The notes under the pieces were generated by a model. The model saw nothing but the letters and a program-made list of their open reading frames with translations, did not search any database and was not told where the DNA came from. A program made the translations under genes and the position numbers. 64,000 nt of DNA from an uncultured Pseudomonadota bacterium (GTDB lineage: Bacteria; Oederibacteriota; Muellerivitia; Muellerivitales; Muellerivitaceae): NCBI GenBank assembly GCA_963843375.1, contig CAWJKT010000006.1, positions 192,001-256,000 of the forward strand, written 5' to 3'. Positions 53,410 to 63,273 of this stretch are shown piece by piece (position 1 is the stretch's first letter; each line of letters starts with the position of its first letter).

Positions 53410-54465
53410 TCAGTCATGGGCAGCTCGATCAAGGCCGTTGTTCAAAATGGCCTTCTTTATTTTAGACAGGGGTAGTCCGGTGGCCTCATAGACCTGTTCC
53501 ATCGTCGCGGCGGCCACCCGCCGGGCCTTGCGGGCCCCTTGAATGAGGATATCTTCCACCTGATCCGGTTTTTCCTCCAGCTTTTTCCGCTTTTCACGAG
53601 CTTCCCCGCCGAAAAACTCCTCCAATTTGGCGATCAATAATTTTTTAGCGTCGCCATAGCCCATTCCCCCTTGCCGGAAACCCTTTTCCATTTGGGCGGT
53701 TTCCTCAGGCTTGGCCATCAGGCGGTACAAAAGATAAATGACATTTTGTTCCGGGTCCTTGGCTTCGTTCACCCCTTTGGAATCCGTCACGATCCCCATC
53801 ACCTTTTTCTTGATTTCCGAAGGCTCTCCAAAAATGGGAATCACGCTGGCCTCGTCGCTCTTACTCATCTTTCCGCCGGTTAAGCCCATGACTTTCGGGG
53901 CTTCGCTTAAGATTCCTTCGGGCAGTTTGAAAACATCCTTTTTAAAAGTGTGGTTGAAGTAACCCGCCATATCCCGGCACATTTCGATATGCTGGATTTG
54001 GTCCTGTCCCACGGGAACCTTGTCACTCTGGTAGATGAGGATGTCGGCCGCCATCAAGGCCGGGTAAAAAAACAGGCCCAGACTGGATGGAAATTCCCTT
54101 GGCCACTTTGTCTTTATAGGAATGGGCCCTCTCCATCAGCCCCATCCCCGTGACCGTGCTTAAGATCCAGGCCAACTCGGTGACCTCGGGCACATCGCTT
54201 TGGCGGAAAAGAAAGGCTTTCGCTGGGTCCAACCCCAGGGCCAGGTAATCGGCCGCGGCCATGAAAGGTGAATTGGCCCAGCTGGTCTGGCGTCTTGGAC
54301 GGTGTTGAGGGAATGGTAATTGGCGATGAAATAAAAGCATTCGCCCTCATCCTGCAGGCGGATATGGTTGCGGATGGCCCCGAAATAGTTGCCCAGGTGC
54401 AGCCGCCCGCTGGATTGGACGCCTGAAAGGTAACGGGTTTGTTTTTTGACTGGTTCTTGTGGCAA
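53410..54465 (-). CDS. trpS: Tryptophan--tRNA ligase (apparent frameshifts)
   Basis: [43 protein letters not shown]. Confidence 0.93.
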
Positions 54466-54479
54466 GAAATCCTCTGTTT

Positions 54480-55093
54480 TTAAAAAGATTGAATCCTTAT
54501 AAATTCGAAGCAAGAAGAAAACCGCGAAGAGAATGATATAGCCATAACGGTCCAATCGGGAAACTTGATAGGACCACTTGGGAGGCAGGATGGATTTAAT
54601 ATCCAGGAGCCATCCAATGGATAAATGGGAATCAAGTTAAACAGGGCCAGGGCGACGTTTATATAAATAAAAAATTGGAGCAAGGCTCCCCAGCGTCATG
54701 AACGTAGCCTCATCCCCGAAAGAGGAGAAGGTTCCCATCAAAACCAAAATACCAAAGAACAAAAGCGCCAAAAGCATATTCATGGCGGGCCCGGCTAATG
54801 CCACCAAGGCCCCATCCCGTCCGGGGTTTGTTCAAATTTTCAACGGTGACGGGAACAGGCTTGGCCCATCCAAACAAGAAAGGTCCGGGATATAAAAACA
54901 TCATGAGGGGGAAAAGAATCGTCCCGACCGGATCCACATGGGCCCGGGGATCAATTGTCATTCGCCCAAGCATTTTTGCGGTGGGATCGCCCAGCCGATA
55001 GGCGGCGTAGGCATGGCCAAACTCATGAAGGCACAAGGAGAAAACAAGGACTCCGAGTTTCATGACAGCATCCAGGATTCGAGCTTGATCCAT
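54480..55093 (-). CDS. Site-2 protease (M50) family protein (apparent frameshifts)
   Basis: HEFGH, GDPTAK..GR, GWAKPVPV, AGP, FNLIPIYPLDG. Confidence 0.85.
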
Positions 55094-55231
55094 TTTCCAT
55101 CCAGTTTGAATAAGGGGTTATAAGCCGGACAACTTTAACGGATTAAACTACCGTAAAAAACAAAAAATTAAAGTTCTCAACCGATACCGGTTCAATCTCC
55201 CACCGGAACCATTCATGGCGGATTCCTGCCA

Positions 55232-56494
55232 TCAGGAAACAAAAGATTTTTTCACCCAGTCCAAAGCCGCCTTGCGGCTCTTGAACTTTTCATCCAGCTG
55301 CCCGTTCAGGGCTTCCAACAAGATGAAGGTATAACGGAAACCCGGCGGAATTCCCATGGCTTGAAGATCCCGGCCTCGAATCCAGGGAACGGATTTTTGG
55401 ATCTTCATGAAATAATGCTCCATTTTTTTGCGCAGTCCGTTCGAAGCGGCGGCCATGAGGAAACATTGAACCTCGGCTTTTAAGGGACAAAGGAGTTTGT
55501 ACATCCGGCTGACCGTCATTTCCTCTTTATCCAGCTGATGAAGAAAAGAGGGATAGGCTTTAATCGATTGGGAAACGATCTTTTGTTCGGATCGGGACAG
55601 GGTCAACCTTTTGATGAGGCCCGCCCCGCCTTTTTCGTCCGTCGTCTTCAACAGGGCCTGAAACCAAACCATCTTTTCGTCTTCCAATAGAATCTTATTC
55701 TTTTTAAAAAAAGCGATACTTCCTGAAATTTTAGGAAGCACTTTTTTCGCCGCTATCGAAACTCCCAGGGAAGGGTGGATGTGGGGTAAAACCCCCAGTT
55801 CATCCAGACGCCAAACCGCGCCTTCGGGATGAGCTTCCTGGAAAATCAGCCGCAATTCGTTACGGAGCCTTTCGCCCGAAACCCGCTGGATATAATCACC
55901 CTTCACCGCCTCCAAGAGCCACCGCTGGGTTCTTTCCTCGATCTTTTTTTTAAAGCGCTGTTCAAAACGCACGGCCCGGAAGATACGGGTGGGATCATCG
56001 ATGAAACTTTTCTCATGCAATGCCCGGATTCTTCCCTTCTTCAAATCTTCCAGCCCCTCAAAAGGATCCAGCAATTTCAGGAAATATCCCGGGGAAAGGC
56101 TCAAGGCCATGGAGTTGATGGTGAAATCCCGGCGGTAAAGATCCTGGATGATTCCCCCTTTTTTTACCGAGGGAAGGGCGCCTGGATGGTCGTAACTCTC
56201 GGTGCGGGCTGTAGCCACGTCCACTTTCCCAAATCCCGGAACAATCACGATGGAGGTGCCAAAACGGGTAAAAGCTTCCACTTCCGATCCGGTCATTTTG
56301 GCCAAATTTTCCGCGAACGTCACCCCATCCCCCTCGACGGTAATATCAATATCCACGCCCGGATGTTTCAAAACCAAGTCCCGAACGAATCCTCCAACCG
56401 CATAAGCGGCTTCACCCCGCTCATCCGCCAACTGGCCGATTTTTTTCAGGAGTCCGGCGGTTTTCGAAGGAACTTTGAATTTAACGTTTTTCAT
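55232..56494 (-). CDS. tRNA nucleotidyltransferase / poly(A) polymerase family protein
   Basis: VGGFVRDL, DIDI, DVATARTESY, DLYRRDFTIN, DDPTRIFRAVRF. Confidence 0.9.
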   Translation of the reverse strand: MKNVKFKVPSKTAGLLKKIGQLADERGEAAYAVGGFVRDLVLKHPGVDIDITVEGDGVTFAENLAKMTGSEVEAFTRFGTSIVIVPGFGKVDVATARTESYDHPGALPSVKKGGIIQDLYRRDFTINSMALSLSPGYFLKLLDPFEGLEDLKKGRIRALHEKSFIDDPTRIFRAVRFEQRFKKKIEERTQRWLLEAVKGDYIQRVSGERLRNELRLIFQEAHPEGAVWRLDELGVLPHIHPSLGVSIAAKKVLPKISGSIAFFKKNKILLEDEKMVWFQALLKTTDEKGGAGLIKRLTLSRSEQKIVSQSIKAYPSFLHQLDKEEMTVSRMYKLLCPLKAEVQCFLMAAASNGLRKKMEHYFMKIQKSVPWIRGRDLQAMGIPPGFRYTFILLEALNGQLDEKFKSRKAALDWVKKSFVS

Positions 56495-56572
56495 AAATAC
56501 CTTTCTGGAACATTAAAGTACTCCCCGGCCAAAAAAGCATTCTCAAAATGGGGGTTTTTCGCGGGCTCCAGC

Positions 56573-57550
56573 TTACCCTTTTTGGCTGTCCCATTCATTT
56601 CGCTTGGCCCGGAATAGACCTCGGAGGGTCTCTAATTCCGTTCCCGCCAGATGGGACAAGGCGACACGTTTAATTTGGATCCCCGTTTGATGCAGTTCCT
56701 TTAAATTCTTGGAACGCGCCAATTTCTCTTTCCAATAGCCAAAGGGGCCGCCTGGAGATTTTTGGGCCAGGGTTTCCATAACCGGACCAAAGGTCAACCT
56801 ATGTTCAGGGCAGATGCCATGGTTTTCCAGGGCCTTCAGGTGTTCTTCCGTCCCGTATCCTTTGTGACCCTCAAAACCATAGACCGGGTATTGTTGATGG
56901 AGCTGCCCCATGATCCTGTCCCGGGTGACTTTCGCGATAATCGAAGCCGCAGCGATGGTTGTGGACAAGGCGTCCCCATGGATCAAGGGCTCTTGGGTAA
57001 TGGAAGAAAGCCGCGGGAGGGGCATGGCATCTGTCAATAAATAATCCGGTTTTTGGCCCAAGGCCTCCACCGCTCGTTCCATGGCCAATTGGGCCGCTCG
57101 ATAGATATTCAACTCGTCAATTTCAGCAACGCTGGCCTGGCCCACCCCGACCCCGATGGCTGATTGTTGTATTCGAAAAAAAAGTTCCTCCCTTTTGGAG
57201 GCTGTCAACTTCTTGGAATCATCCACGCCGGTTAAAACAATGTTGGGGGGAAGAATAACCGCTGCCGCCACCACAGGCCCCGCCAAGGGCCCCCGGCCCG
57301 CTTCATCAACCCCGGCTATAAACCGGAAACCTTTTTTTTTAGCTATTTCCTCGTGTTTCCAAAGTTCTTTGAGCCTTTTAGTTTCCCGGGCGTCTTTGGC
57401 GGCCCTTTTCTCAAATTTCCCAAGAAGGTTCGCGGCTCCAGTCCGGTTGTCATCTTTTAATTGAGCCCTCAAAAACTCCAGAGCTTCCGCAGCCGACCCT
57501 TTTTTTAAGGCCAGGGCCTCAATTTCCGGGAGTGGTTGTAGGCTGGACAT
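56573..57550 (-). CDS. rnhB: Ribonuclease HII
   Basis: AGVDEAGRGPLAGPVVAAAV, DSKKL, IAAASIIAKVTRD, HKGYGT. Confidence 0.95.
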   Translation of the reverse strand: MSSLQPLPEIEALALKKGSAAEALEFLRAQLKDDNRTGAANLLGKFEKRAAKDARETKRLKELWKHEEIAKKKGFRFIAGVDEAGRGPLAGPVVAAAVILPPNIVLTGVDDSKKLTASKREELFFRIQQSAIGVGVGQASVAEIDELNIYRAAQLAMERAVEALGQKPDYLLTDAMPLPRLSSITQEPLIHGDALSTTIAAASIIAKVTRDRIMGQLHQQYPVYGFEGHKGYGTEEHLKALENHGICPEHRLTFGPVMETLAQKSPGGPFGYWKEKLARSKNLKELHQTGIQIKRVALSHLAGTELETLRGLFRAKRNEWDSQKG

Positions 57551-59288
57551 TCGGTGAACCGCCTTTTTGCGAAATGGCCCCGGCTTGGGAGGCGGGGGTT
57601 GCACCAGTGCTTTGGACTGCCGTGGGAGTGGTGGAAACCGCAACCGGAGTGCTCGTTCCTGTGGCTAGTTTTGATCCCGTGGAGAGGATATCCGTCTTTG
57701 GTTCGGCGGCCAACATAGTTACGGCGGCCGCTTCCGACATGACCTTATCAAGTGAAACAAGGAAGGCCTTCAGCAGAACAGGATATTCTTTTTTCTCGCC
57801 TTTTTTCTCCTGAAGCAAGACCGTGACCGTCTTGAGCTCGGAGGAGGCGACATTCCCGATTTCCCACTCCAAATCGTCCCCTTTCATTTTCCAAGAACCG
57901 GTGACACTCGTGGCAATTTTCGAGGAACTCCCGCCACTTTGGGACGTTCCAGAGGCGGAAGGAGCTGATACTGAATTGGTGGAACCAGAGATCGGGGCGG
58001 CGGTTGATGGGGTCGAACTAACCTGGGAAATTGGCGTTGGGGTTCCCACAATCGCAGCCGCTTTGCCCGCGCTGGTGGGTACCGCGGTCCCGTTAGGGGT
58101 GGGAGAGGCTTGTGGCTGGTAAGCCTCAAATCCCTTGGGAATCGCCAGCTCATAGGTCATCAATGGAGATGCTTTCGGACTTTGGTTCATCAAAGTGTAA
58201 GTTACGGTCCAATAAGGGCTGGACTTGGATGGTTCTTTGGCCGTGCCTTTGAAGAGGAAAGAAAACTTGGTCATTTCCCCATTTGGCTGGAATTTCAGGA
58301 TCGTTCCGTTTGCCCCCACAATAAAACCTACATCCTTATAAAAAGAGATGTAATTCAGGGAAGGTTTTCCTTCCGGTTTTTGGTGTGAAATCCAGCGGGT
58401 GCCATCGTAATAAATCAAGGTCCCGTCCTGGCCGGTAGCCCAACCATCGTCGTCGCTTTTCATGTAAACCTGATACAAGTCGAAACCGGAGAAGGCGCTG
58501 GTAATTTTGCTCCAAGCGGTCCCGTTATAACGAAGAATGGTCCCATAAGCGCCCACGATCCAGGCCTGCACGTCGTTGATGACGGAAACGGAGTTAAGGC
58601 GTTCGGTCGAGGGACTGGCGGCATAAGTGGTCCATTTCTGACCGTCGTAGTGCAGAATCAGTCCCAGGTTTCCGACGGCCCAGCCGTTGTTTTGGTCAGC
58701 CATGCCAATGCTGTAAATATCGCTGGTGACTGTGGAAGCGGCCCCGGAGGCGGATGAAACCGCGCTGATGCTGCCCCAGGAAAGACCGTTATAAGTGAGA
58801 ATCGTGCCGTTAGAACCCACGACCCAAGCTACACGAGCCGGAGATATGGTGATGCCATAGAGTGTTTCCTCAGTTGGGGAATTGTCCTGGCTCCAGCTTC
58901 CGTTGAGGTAATGAAGAATCACCCCATGGGTTCCGACAATCCAACCTTCCGATTCATTGAGGAAGGCAACCGCCATCAGATTTTCATTTGGAGCCAGGCC
59001 CGTGGTCACTTTTTCCCAAGTATCCCCGTCATAATGAAGGACAATGCCATTATTGCCACAAGCCCAGCCCACCTTTTTGTTCAGGAGGAAAACCCCGTTC
59101 AAGGGATCCGTCAGGGTGAAAGTCACAGGAAAGGATGTCCAATAAACCACATCCGAATCAGTGGTGAGGGAGGTATCCGCCTCGGAAGCCTTGGTTGGAG
59201 TAAGGGGGGTCACCGCGCCGCTGCCGGTGCAACCGGCCTCGAAACAAGCGGATAACAGGAGGACCAGGAGAATAGACATTATTTTCAT
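57519..59288 (-). CDS. Predicted lipoprotein with YCF48/BNR-like beta-propeller repeats
   Basis: LSAC lipobox; repeated GW.VG..G.IL.Y.G..W; S/T-rich linkers. Confidence 0.75.
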   Translation of the reverse strand: MKIMSILLVLLLSACFEAGCTGSGAVTPLTPTKASEADTSLTTDSDVVYWTSFPVTFTLTDPLNGVFLLNKKVGWACGNNGIVLHYDGDTWEKVTTGLAPNENLMAVAFLNESEGWIVGTHGVILHYLNGSWSQDNSPTEETLYGITISPARVAWVVGSNGTILTYNGLSWGSISAVSSASGAASTVTSDIYSIGMADQNNGWAVGNLGLILHYDGQKWTTYAASPSTERLNSVSVINDVQAWIVGAYGTILRYNGTAWSKITSAFSGFDLYQVYMKSDDDGWATGQDGTLIYYDGTRWISHQKPEGKPSLNYISFYKDVGFIVGANGTILKFQPNGEMTKFSFLFKGTAKEPSKSSPYWTVTYTLMNQSPKASPLMTYELAIPKGFEAYQPQASPTPNGTAVPTSAGKAAAIVGTPTPISQVSSTPSTAAPISGSTNSVSAPSASGTSQSGGSSSKIATSVTGSWKMKGDDLEWEIGNVASSELKTVTVLLQEKKGEKKEYPVLLKAFLVSLDKVMSEAAAVTMLAAEPKTDILSTGSKLATGTSTPVAVSTTPTAVQSTGATPASQAGAISQKGGSPNVQPTTTPGN

Positions 59289-59340
59289 GCCCGTATCCTA
59301 CCTATGAAATGAAGGTGGTGCAAGGTAGGGGTCGGGAAAT

Positions 59341-59372
59341 AAAAAAACCGCTCCGGTTTAGAGGAGCGGTTA
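59341..59372 (-). terminator. Intrinsic terminator after rplS
   Basis: AACCGCTCC/GGAGCGGTT stem with a minus-strand T-run. Confidence 0.75.
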
Positions 59373-59398
59373 ATGAAGATGCTTTTGGAACTGGATAA

Positions 59399-59869
59399 TT
59401 AAGCTTTTTCCGTCTTGGGCTCGGAAGCGGTCGCGGTAGGAGCCTCCACCGGAGCCGGAGCAGGTTCAACGTTCGTGGCGGAAACCGTCTCGGCAACGCC
59501 TTCGCTGGGAACCTGGACGGCTTTTTTGCTTTCCTGAATCCTCGCGTCCTTCTTGTTGAGCTTGGCCCGCAAGTAAAAGAGTTTCGCGCGTCGGACTTTA
59601 CCGGAACGGACGCTTTTAACTTCTTTGATCATGGGTGATTGGTAATAGAAAGACTTTTCCACGCCAACCCCGTAAGAAATTTTACGGACGGTGAACTTCA
59701 TTTTGCCGCCGGCGCCTTGAATCCCGGTGACGACACCTTCGTAAATCTGGATACGTTCTTTTTCACCTTCTCGGATTCTCACGGAGACTTTCACCGTATC
59801 GCCCACCTTGAAGGGGACGTTTTTACGGATGATTTGGCTTTCTTCTATTTTTCGAATCGTCGCGTTCAT
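59399..59869 (-). CDS. rplS: 50S ribosomal protein L19 (with C-terminal extension)
   Basis: FKVGDTVKV..I.EGEKERIQ.YEG, FTVRKIS.GVGVE, GKVRRAKLFYLR. Confidence 0.97.
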   Translation of the reverse strand: MNATIRKIEESQIIRKNVPFKVGDTVKVSVRIREGEKERIQIYEGVVTGIQGAGGKMKFTVRKISYGVGVEKSFYYQSPMIKEVKSVRSGKVRRAKLFYLRAKLNKKDARIQESKKAVQVPSEGVAETVSATNVEPAPAPVEAPTATASEPKTEKA

Positions 59870-59916
59870 GACTTAACAACTCCTTCTCTCTTCAAAATCT
59901 CTTGAGGCCTGATTGG

Positions 59917-60667
59917 TTATTCACCCGCCTCAAGTTCTTCTTGGGCTTCCATTAAAAGCTTTTGTTCTTCCTCGGTTAAACGAACCCGGGCTAAAAGGTC
60001 GGGTCTTTTTGCCAAGGTATTCTTGAGGGATTCCTTTTTTCTCCAGCGCTCAATTCGGGCGTGATTGCCCGATAAAAGAACCTCCGGCACTCCCATTCCC
60101 TTAAAGAAGCGGGGACGAGTATAGTGCGGATAATCCAATAATCCATTAAAAAAGCTGTCCTTTTCCACCGATTCCCTTTGTCCCACAACACCCGGTAGGA
60201 ATCGCACCAACGCATCCACTATCACGGCGGCAGCCGGTTCCCCACCCGTCATCACGAAATCCCCCAGGCTCACTTCCCCATCAATGGATTTCATGGCCCT
60301 TTCGTCCAGGCCCTCGTAATGCCCGCAAACGAGCAGAAGATTCTTTTCCCGGGAAAGCTCCATGACCATCGCATGGTCTAACCTTTTTCCCTGGGGCGAC
60401 ATCAAAAGGGTCTTCACTTTTTTACGGCCTTTTTTAATGGCCGCCAAGGCCTTGGCCAGCGGTTCGGGCTTCATCACCATTCCGGCGCCCCCGCCATAAG
60501 GGGACATCATCCGCGGTATGATGTTTGTCCGTCGTGAATTTTCTCAAATCGTGTAGACGAATATCGACCGCTTTTTTGGCCAGCGCCCGTTTCATCATGC
60601 TCACGGTGAAAGGCCCCTGAAAGTAATCGGGAAAAAGCGTTAGGATGTCAATCCGCGGTGTCCGCAT
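59917..60667 (-). CDS. trmD: tRNA (guanine37-N1)-methyltransferase (one extra base in the 4-nt homopolymer at 60500-60503)
   Basis: IDILTLFPD, PYGGGAGMVM, CGHYEGLDER, SLGDFVMTGGE, YPHYTRP. Confidence 0.95.
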
Positions 60668-61180
60668 CGATCTCTTCCGGCAGGTCAACCACCATCCTCC
60701 GGCCTTTCAAATCCACTTCCCGGATAACGGATTTCAAGGCAGGAATAAGGATTTCTTTTTCTCCATTCCGCACCACGCAAACACCGTTGGCCAGGTTCTC
60801 CATAATTTCAGCGATTTGGCCCAGAGTTTCACCGGTAGTATTCACCACCGCCAAACCCACCAGGTCATCCAAATAATAATGATCCGGCCGGCAAGTCCGG
60901 CTTTTCTTCCGATAAAATCGCCAACTGGGCGCCTCGCAAGGTTTCCGCTTCCTCGATGCCCACCACTTCCTTTAATCGAACCACCGCGTCCCCATCCGGA
61001 TGCTGGAAAGACCGAATGATCGTCACCTTTTTTAATTCTTTCCCATCCTTCACGAGCCTCAAGGTTTTACAGGAAACCAATCGATCTAGTCCCGAACAGG
61101 ACAAGGAAACCTTCACCTCACCCTTCAACCCATGAGACCTCACGATGGTCCCAAGGACAATAAAGTCGTCCGATGGATTT
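60648..61180 (-). CDS. rimM: Ribosome maturation factor RimM (apparent frameshift; start uncertain)
   Basis: GTIVRSHGLKGEVKV, AETLRG, DLVGL.V...LG.I, EILIP..VDL. Confidence 0.88.
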
Positions 61181-61202
61181 TCGGAGGTTTGAACCTTCGG
61201 TG

Positions 61203-61433
61203 TTACTCAACGACTTCGAGGGAATACTTCAATCCGTTTTTGGCGCAAGAGGCCGAAACGAGTGTGCGAAGGGCCTTGATCGTGCGCCCTTGCTTTCCGA
61301 TGATTTTGCCGTAATCTTCCTTGGAAACGCGAAGTTCCAGGACTGTCAAATTGCCTTCCAGTCTCTGTTGGATCGCGACATTCTCGGGCTTATCTACCAG
61401 CGACTTGGCCACATACTCAATGAGTTCTTTCAT
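61203..61433 (-). CDS. khpA: KH-domain RNA-binding protein
   Basis: ELIEY.AKSLVD.P, GKIIGKQGRTIKALR; position between rpsP and rimM. Confidence 0.9.
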   Translation of the reverse strand: MKELIEYVAKSLVDKPENVAIQQRLEGNLTVLELRVSKEDYGKIIGKQGRTIKALRTLVSASCAKNGLKYSLEVVE

Positions 61434-61518
61434 ACTGCCCTTCTTTCAAATCAATGATTCGTCTTCGGCCAGCCGTTTTGGGTACCAGGTACCAACCACG
61501 GCCCGGGGGATAGGGTAA

Positions 61519-61770
61519 TCAGACTTTGACGCCGGCTTTTTTCATGATTCCTTGAACGGTATCGGAAGGAATGGCGCCTTTTTTCACCCACTCGACGAAT
61601 GATTCTTTTTTTAAGTTCAAAACTTGGCTTTCTTCTTTGGCCCGGGGATTGTAGGTTCCCAGATCTTCAACCCGGCGTCCCTTACCCGACATCGTGGAAT
61701 CCAAAACCACAATCCGGTAACAGGCTTTTTTGTTGCTTCCCATGCGCTTCAAACGAATCTTAACGGACAC
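61519..61770 (-). CDS. rpsP: 30S ribosomal protein S16
   Basis: VKIRLKRMG.KK..YRIVV.D, LGTYNP, W.KKGA.PSDTV; AGGAGG plus GTG start. Confidence 0.95.
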   Translation of the reverse strand: MSVKIRLKRMGSNKKACYRIVVLDSTMSGKGRRVEDLGTYNPRAKEESQVLNLKKESFVEWVKKGAIPSDTVQGIMKKAGVKV

Positions 61771-61870
61771 AATTCCTCCTAAGGCAAACTTCAAAATTAT
61801 TTTGATTTGGTTAACAGCGGGCTTGAATGAGGCCCAGCCTTTTTTTCCCAAAGGGATAAAGGGAAGGAGG

Positions 61871-61899
61871 ATTTTAAAAATCCATCCTGGCTTTGTCAA
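61871..61899 (-). promoter_or_regulatory. Sigma70-type promoter of the rpsP operon
   Basis: TTGACA-17 bp-TAAAAT on the minus strand. Confidence 0.7.
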
Positions 61900-61988
61900 G
61901 GAAATAGCCCCAAAACCCCAGAAAACCCATGATCTGCTGGTTGAATAATTTGTTTTGTCGGCGATCTTGAGAATTTGTAGACCAACTT

Positions 61989-62281
61989 ATCCGCCATTCG
62001 GGTTTATAGGCTGAACCAACGCTAAATACGTGCCGCTGGCAACGTTGGAAGTGTTCTAGGAGATCTCGTTGGGTCCGGCAGCGCTGTTTCTGACGTGGAT
62101 CAACTCGTCCGCCACCCTGTATATCGTTGCCTCTAATTTGGAGGGCCATGGGTAAGTTGGCATGAAAAATTGTCGTCAAAGGGTCTTTGGAAGATATATT
62201 CGGCCAAGTCGTCAACGATCCAATTCTAATATCGTTGAGGTCCTCCACGGTGCTTTCCCAGCCGTGGACAAACATTTTTTT
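61989..62281 (+). ncRNA. Candidate structured non-coding RNA, family not recognised
   Basis: Dense series of stems with G-U pairs favouring the + strand, and a terminal hairpin near a T-run. Confidence 0.45.
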
Positions 62282-62813
62282 ATTTAACTATTGAGTAACA
62301 ATAAACATCTCGGGGTTCGTTGCTGATGTTGGGATGAATAATCCGCCGGCGCAAAATTCCCTCCCGTTTCATCCCGACCTTTTCCATCACCCTGGCCGAT
62401 CCGGGATTATCGATATCGCAAATCGACCAAATCCTGAAAATACCGCTTTGAGCGAGGCCCCAATCGACGAAAGCCTTGAGCGCTTCCGTCATATAACCCT
62501 TTCTCCAATAGGTCTTGGCAAGGACGTACCCAACGTCCGCCATATACCCGTCGAGCCTGATTTCGAACATACCGAGCAATTGGCCGTCAGGTTTCCGGTC
62601 GATCACATAGGTAAACTTGGTGTTGTTTTCTGGAATTTTCAAAAGACTCTCAAGAAAATTCCTGGTCTCTTCAATATTTTTGTGAGGGTGCCAGGTCAAA
62701 TATTTCACGACTTCCGGGTCTTGGGCATAGCCAAGGAAGATCTTATCTGCATCTTCCATCTTTGGGGGCCGCAAGCGAAGACGGGTGGTTTCAATAATTT
62801 CAGGTGGCTTCAT
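62280..62813 (-). CDS. GNAT (RimJ/RimL-like) N-acetyltransferase
   Basis: IETTRLRLRP, VGYVLAK.YW.KGYMTEAL, N..SARVMEKVGM..EG. Confidence 0.9.
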   Translation of the reverse strand: MKPPEIIETTRLRLRPPKMEDADKIFLGYAQDPEVVKYLTWHPHKNIEETRNFLESLLKIPENNTKFTYVIDRKPDGQLLGMFEIRLDGYMADVGYVLAKTYWRKGYMTEALKAFVDWGLAQSGIFRIWSICDIDNPGSARVMEKVGMKREGILRRRIIHPNISNEPRDVYCYSIVK

Positions 62814-62896
62814 ATGGCACTTTCCACAAAATCAACATAGGGTCCCCGGTTATTTAAGGTTGTCCACGACGGATCCCCGTAGTGAACAAGTACGGT

Positions 62897-63061
62897 TTAA
62901 GGTTTATAGACGAGTGTGGCTTTGATGTACATGGCGATGGCGCCGACAATCCAGCCCGCGAAAAATATAGCGACGGGCTTAGTTTGTTCCATACCACCCT
63001 TGAGCCAAAATAGGCCGAGAACGATGGCCACCGCGATCCCCCAACTAACGAATGGATTTAT
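62897..63061 (-). CDS. Small two-TM membrane protein (54 aa) with apparent ATA start
   Basis: AGGAGG 7 nt before ATA; two hydrophobic helices; too short for the ORF track. Confidence 0.55.
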   Translation of the reverse strand: MNPFVSWGIAVAIVLGLFWLKGGMEQTKPVAIFFAGWIVGAIAMYIKATLVYKP

Positions 63062-63220
63062 GATGTACCCTCCTAAAAAATTGTTTTTTTATCGTCCAAT
63101 CCGGGTCCCAATCGTGGACAACCTTTTAAAGACAATCAAACCTCTTTCCGGGACAAAGGAACCATTCCGGCCCATTGCCCAACCTTTCGCTTTTAAAAAG
63201 GAAATGAAAACCGTTTCAAG

Positions 63221-63252
63221 AAAAAAAGCCCGGGCTTTGAGGCCCAGGCTTT
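63221..63252 (-). terminator. Intrinsic terminator
   Basis: AAAGCC.GGGC/GCCC.GGCTTT stem with a minus-strand T-run, just downstream of the stop at 63274. Confidence 0.7.
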
Positions 63253-63273
63253 CGAAATCCCGTTAATTATTAA

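Noticed and set aside
61874..62275. 133-aa minus-strand ORF upstream of rpsP
   Set aside because: No recognisable motif or SD, and it runs through the rpsP promoter. A structured RNA explains the region better.
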